Assembly: GCA_039935455.1 (NCBI GenBank)
Contig: JBDTKF010000146.1
Coordinates: forward strand, 22,543 to 86,542
Length of the DNA: 64,000 bases
Reading direction: 5' to 3'
DNA from: Ginsengibacter sp.
Lineage (GTDB): Bacteria; Bacteroidota; Bacteroidia; Chitinophagales; Chitinophagaceae
Made by a program: the position numbers and the translations under genes. Position 1 is the stretch's first letter. The number at the start of each line of letters is the position of its first letter. Positions 60,492-64,000 of the stretch are shown piece by piece. The notes under the pieces were generated by a model. That model saw nothing but the letters and a program-made list of their open reading frames with translations, was not told the DNA's origin and did not search any database.

Positions 60492-61355
60492 TTAAAATTG
60501 ATAATAAAAGCTTAAAGTAAAAAAAGAATTGATTTTTCCTGCGTCAGACTGTGATTTCGCGCTTAAGAAGGAAAGCTGATAAGCCGCCTCTACTGAATAA
60601 TGCGCCCTATTGTATGCGAAAGGAATTTTCAAATTATAAGACAAAATATTAAATGCAGTTGTGGCAACGGTATCAACATGTTCTGAAGGTGAACTACCAA
60701 AAATAGGGTTGGGTAAAATTCCAAGAACACTATCACGTATCTTTTGCTGAGTGACATAAGTTTGATAAAAATGTTGAGTTCCCGCCACTAAATCTGCTGA
60801 AGGACTAATAGTGATTATATCTTTTTTCCCGGTGCTGAAGAGATTAATCACTTTGGATAACGATCCGGTAACAAAAGCATCATTTGCTTTTCCAAAAGCA
60901 TAATCCCCGGTTATGGTTGGTTTTATCCAACTATCGTATGAAAGAGAAATACTGGCATTATCGAGGTTGGCAGCTTGTAACATGGGAGAATATTCAGGAT
61001 AAAAACTATGACTATAACTCAGATCGGTAGTCAGTTTTGGTCCCAATTTAAAATTAACACCTGCGCCAAGACTTGCTGCAGAAACCGTTGAAGTATTTTC
61101 ATTCAATAATTTGAAAGTTTGAGCTGTGAAATAAAAACCAGATTTAAGGTGATAGTTGGCAGCAAAAGCCACATAAGGTAAATTCGTTTCAGCTTTTTGT
61201 CCATAATAGCTTGCATTATTTGAATACACTCCAGCAAGTGTTAGAGTCGATTTTGCCTGGGTATCAGTTGAAGCTTCGCCGGTAATGGTATCTGTTTGAC
61301 CGAAGCAGATCCCATTAACAATTGCAAATGCAGTAATTAATATGATTGATTTCAT
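60492..61355 (-). CDS. Hypothetical outer-membrane beta-barrel protein
   Basis: Signal peptide; amphipathic strands rich in Y/F/S; C-terminal LSFYYQF. Confidence 0.7.
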   Translation of the reverse strand: MKSIILITAFAIVNGICFGQTDTITGEASTDTQAKSTLTLAGVYSNNASYYGQKAETNLPYVAFAANYHLKSGFYFTAQTFKLLNENTSTVSAASLGAGVNFKLGPKLTTDLSYSHSFYPEYSPMLQAANLDNASISLSYDSWIKPTITGDYAFGKANDAFVTGSLSKVINLFSTGKKDIITISPSADLVAGTQHFYQTYVTQQKIRDSVLGILPNPIFGSSPSEHVDTVATTAFNILSYNLKIPFAYNRAHYSVEAAYQLSFLSAKSQSDAGKINSFFTLSFYYQF

Positions 61356-61373
61356 GAGGTGTAATTTTGATTT

Positions 61374-61688
61374 TTAATGAAGGATTCTGATCACGGGTTT
61401 GATCACTTTTATGTTTGGCTTTATGATTTTCACCGGATCAACTTTAATTTTTACAGGTATTGGTATTGCTTGTTTTCGTGCCAGAGGAACTTCTCTGATT
61501 ACAGCATCTGCCGGTTTTTCTTTCGTGCTTTCTATAGCTTTTTTTGCAGGTACCGAAGTGTCTGTTTGCATCTGGTTAATGACAGGTTGGAGTATTAACG
61601 GTTTATCTTGAGCCGCCAAAGCCCAAACAGGCAAACTTGTCAAAAAAAAGATTCCTATAAAATGTTTCACTTTATTTATCCTGTTCAT
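61374..61688 (-). CDS. Small exported Pro/Ile/Lys-rich hypothetical protein
   Basis: Signal peptide ending WALA; EVPLARKQ motif; tail PVKIIKPNIKVIKPVIRILH. Confidence 0.7.
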   Translation of the reverse strand: MNRINKVKHFIGIFFLTSLPVWALAAQDKPLILQPVINQMQTDTSVPAKKAIESTKEKPADAVIREVPLARKQAIPIPVKIKVDPVKIIKPNIKVIKPVIRILH

Positions 61689-61700
61689 CTTTTCGATTTA

Positions 61701-61739
61701 AAAAATAACAGGTTTTGCAGAATTACAAAACCTGTTATT
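61701..61739 (-). terminator. Intra-operon terminator after the 226-aa gene
   Basis: aataacaggttttg-8 nt-caaaacctgttatt, 14-bp stem with a T-run on the minus strand. Confidence 0.8.
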
Positions 61740-61745
61740 GAGTTA

Positions 61746-62426
61746 TTATTTAAGATTAATACCACCATTCGTTTTCACCAGTGTATTTGTTCTTATGGAA
61801 ACCGGATGGGGTTTTACAGTGGTTGCAGAGTTTGCTCCGACGTGCACAGCTGCTGAAGAAATAGCTTTCACTTTTTCCCCGGTTTTTGAAGCTGAATTAT
61901 TCACCTTGGTAGCTATATGGTGTTCGTGTTCCATTGTTGCATCGACCATTGTGGCTCCTACAGCTTTTCCATTTTCTTTCGTTTGATGAAAATTTGTTGT
62001 TTCACCGGAAGCAGATAAACTTGTGCCACTTATTATAGACGTATTATTACTAACATTATTGTCTTTTTTAGATAAACCGGCATTTGCACTTGAATGTGCA
62101 GAACCAGAAACTGATATGTCCTGTTCTGTCATCTTTTTGGATTCTTTTGCTGCAGATTTTGCCTCCGTTTTTGTTTTGTCAGACGTAGCAACAACGGATT
62201 CCTTTTCTTTTTTTAACTCAGCGTAGGTTTTATTTTTCGCTTTCAGCACAGCATCTGTTTGTATACTTGTACTAGAAGAAGCGCTGGTAGAACTATTTAC
62301 CTCACCACTTTTATTACTTTGAATGTTGGTGTTATTATTAATGGATCCTGTATTTTTTACAGATGTTTGTGCAAGCAAACCGAACGATAATAATAACGCA
62401 ATTGAGAATAATGATGTCTTTTTCAT
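61746..62426 (-). CDS. Exported low-complexity Ser/Thr/Asn/Lys-rich protein
   Basis: Signal peptide MKKTSLFSIALLLSFGLLA; mature part has no Cys or Trp and almost no aromatics. Confidence 0.75.
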   Translation of the reverse strand: MKKTSLFSIALLLSFGLLAQTSVKNTGSINNNTNIQSNKSGEVNSSTSASSSTSIQTDAVLKAKNKTYAELKKEKESVVATSDKTKTEAKSAAKESKKMTEQDISVSGSAHSSANAGLSKKDNNVSNNTSIISGTSLSASGETTNFHQTKENGKAVGATMVDATMEHEHHIATKVNNSASKTGEKVKAISSAAVHVGANSATTVKPHPVSIRTNTLVKTNGGINLK

Positions 62427-62463
62427 AATGTTTGTTTTTTAGTTTAATAATTGATTACAGGGA

Positions 62464-62506
62464 CAAACATAAAATGCCAACATGAAGAGAAAATGAAAAA
62501 TGAAAA
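62464..62506 (-). promoter_or_regulatory. -7 element plus direct repeats upstream of the 226-aa gene
   Basis: TATGTTTG at 62471-62464; TTTTCAT / TTTTCAT / TCTTCAT repeats at 62506-62482. Confidence 0.55.
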
Positions 62507-62687
62507 ATTAGTTTGAATCTATGCAACTATAATAAGACTTGGAATGAAACAACACTGAATGAAAGCACTTTACCAATTACATTCACTTGAAAAGAGTTTC
62601 GGTAAAAAAATATTTCAAGAAACGGCAACAGCTTTCGATAACAACTATCCGAAATTGTCAATTTTATTGAGTTTTCCGAAAATGAAA

Positions 62688-63011
62688 TCAATTCTCCAAT
62701 TCGTCTTCTACATCTTCGAATGCTCCTTGTAATTCCCGGTAAGAATTTGAATCGTTTGCGGCTTCTGCAATTTCCATACCTCTCTTATAAACACGCATGG
62801 CTTTTCTCGGATCTCCAATCCTTTCTAATAACTTACCTAAATGATAATAAGAACCTACATAAGTTGGCTCTCTCTTTAGAATCTCATTGAACAGCATTTT
62901 TGCTTCCTTATCATCACCCGCTTTAATATACTCGAGTGCCAAAGCATGTTGTAGAAAACTATCGATACCATTTATATTTATATACTCCTTCAATTTATTA
63001 ATTCTGTCCAT
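62688..63011 (-). CDS. Small TPR protein
   Basis: MDRINKLK...DSFLQHALALEY...YVGSYYHLGKLLE. True start is ATG 63011; the extension to 63164 overlaps etfB. Confidence 0.85.
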   Translation of the reverse strand: MDRINKLKEYININGIDSFLQHALALEYIKAGDDKEAKMLFNEILKREPTYVGSYYHLGKLLERIGDPRKAMRVYKRGMEIAEAANDSNSYRELQGAFEDVEDELEN

Positions 63012-63068
63012 GAATAATTTTTTACTTTTTTTTTCCTTAGTATCTTCGCACCTCGAAAAAAAAGAACA

Positions 63069-63812
63069 ATGAAGATACTTGTTTGCATCAGCAAAACGCC
63101 GGATACGACCGCAAAAATAGCCTTCACAGATAACAACACGAAATTTGCAGAAGCTGGCGTCCAATTTATATTAAACCCTTATGACGAATGGTATGCACTA
63201 GTCAGAGCAATCGAATTGAAAGAAGCGGATCCGGGCGCAACATTGCATTTGATAAATGTCGGCGGTGCAGAGAATGATCCGATAATCCGTAAAGCACTGG
63301 CACTAGGCGGCGATGAAGCAATCAGAGTAAACAGCAACAGTCATGATGATTTTTATATTGCTTCTCAAATTGCCGAAGTTGCCAAACAAAATAATTATGA
63401 CCTTATTTTCACCGGAAAAGAAACGATTGATTACAACGGATCTTCCATCGGAGGAATGGTTGCTGAATTATTAAGCCTCCCGTTTATTTCGTTGGCAACC
63501 AAATTTTCATTAAATGGAAATATAGCTACTGTCGAACGTGAAATTGAAGGTGGCGAAGAAGTAGATGTGGTAAATCTGCCAGTCGTTGTTAGTTGTCAAA
63601 AAGGAATGGCCGAACAGCGAATTCCTAATATGAGGGGCATAATGGGTGCAAGGACAAAACCTTTGAAAGTGCTGGAACCCGTTCAGGCAGACACTTTCAC
63701 AGAGATAGATTCTTTCGAGTTGCCTCCGGCAAAAGCAGGAGTTAAATTAATTCCTGCCGATTCGCCAGAAGAATTAGTAAGGTTATTACATGAAGAAGCA
63801 AAAGTGATTTAG
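63069..63812 (+). CDS. etfB: Electron transfer flavoprotein beta subunit
   Basis: MKILVCISKTPDT, NPYDE, ALALGGD, GKETIDY, RIPNMRGIM. Confidence 0.95.
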   Translation: MKILVCISKTPDTTAKIAFTDNNTKFAEAGVQFILNPYDEWYALVRAIELKEADPGATLHLINVGGAENDPIIRKALALGGDEAIRVNSNSHDDFYIASQIAEVAKQNNYDLIFTGKETIDYNGSSIGGMVAELLSLPFISLATKFSLNGNIATVEREIEGGEEVDVVNLPVVVSCQKGMAEQRIPNMRGIMGARTKPLKVLEPVQADTFTEIDSFELPPAKAGVKLIPADSPEELVRLLHEEAKVI

Positions 63813-63896
63813 GAGATTATAGCGAAATCAGTAATTCGGGTTATTTGTTCGTTTACTGTTTTCTCAATTCTTAATTGTTAATTTATAATTGATAAA

Positions 63897-64000
63897 ATGA
63901 GTGTTTTAATATTTTTAGATCAATCTGAAGGTCATATAAAAAAGAATTCGCTTGAAGCTGCCTCTTACGGAGCAAAGCTTGCAGAAGATTTAAATATTTC
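63897..64000 (+). CDS. etfA: Electron transfer flavoprotein alpha subunit, N-terminus (truncated by window end)
   Basis: Own translation MSVLIFLDQSEGHIKKNSLEAASYGAKLAE, directly after etfB. Confidence 0.8.
   Translation, partial: MSVLIFLDQSEGHIKKNSLEAASYGAKLAEDLNI

Noticed and set aside
63012-63164. N-terminal extension of the TPR ORF
   Set aside because: It is antisense to etfB and its promoter region; the TPR protein starts at ATG 63011.
1-64000. Many short ORFs in the supplied track that overlap recognised genes
   Set aside because: They are antisense or alternate-frame shadows of well-supported genes and show no family motifs.
1-64000. CRISPR array, rRNA, IS/transposase, integrase, prophage genes
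   Set aside because: No regularly spaced repeats or recognisable motifs were found by eye.

Overview
A Bacteroidota chromosomal segment, most likely Chitinophagaceae-like. The assignment rests on AT-rich DNA, TAnnTTTG promoters, a type IX secretion substrate and the parA-parB-DUF5683-dapB and folP-DUF1599-DoxX gene orders. Positions 1-38 kb and 55.7-58.2 kb are mostly housekeeping genes (dcd, parAB, dapB, tdh, aroQ, rsmI, purS, pssA, pepP, pckA, trpS, gatC, ccmEF, bshB1, folP, nrnA, folB, trxB, rlmH, tilS), with etfBA at the far end. Three accessory blocks stand out. (1) 38.6-44.3 kb, beside tRNA-Arg(ACG): small cassette-like genes, gene fragments and degenerate attC-like relics, with no integrase in the window. 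(2) 44.7-55.6 kb: a hybrid histidine kinase, a stand-alone receiver, a membrane-anchored HEAT protein, a processive GT2 synthase and an LTA-synthase-like transferase, converging on a TPR/YaiO-type outer-membrane barrel and an unknown periplasmic protein. This looks like an uncharacterised synthase-dependent exopolysaccharide system controlled by phosphorelay rather than c-di-GMP, and is the best candidate for a novel system. (3) 58.5-62.5 kb: an OmpR-type two-component system behind an outer-membrane barrel and two low-complexity exported proteins, with a PhoB-like direct repeat replacing the -33 promoter element. No CRISPR array, rRNA, transposase or integrase was seen. Family assignments come from motif recognition and memory; no database search was run.
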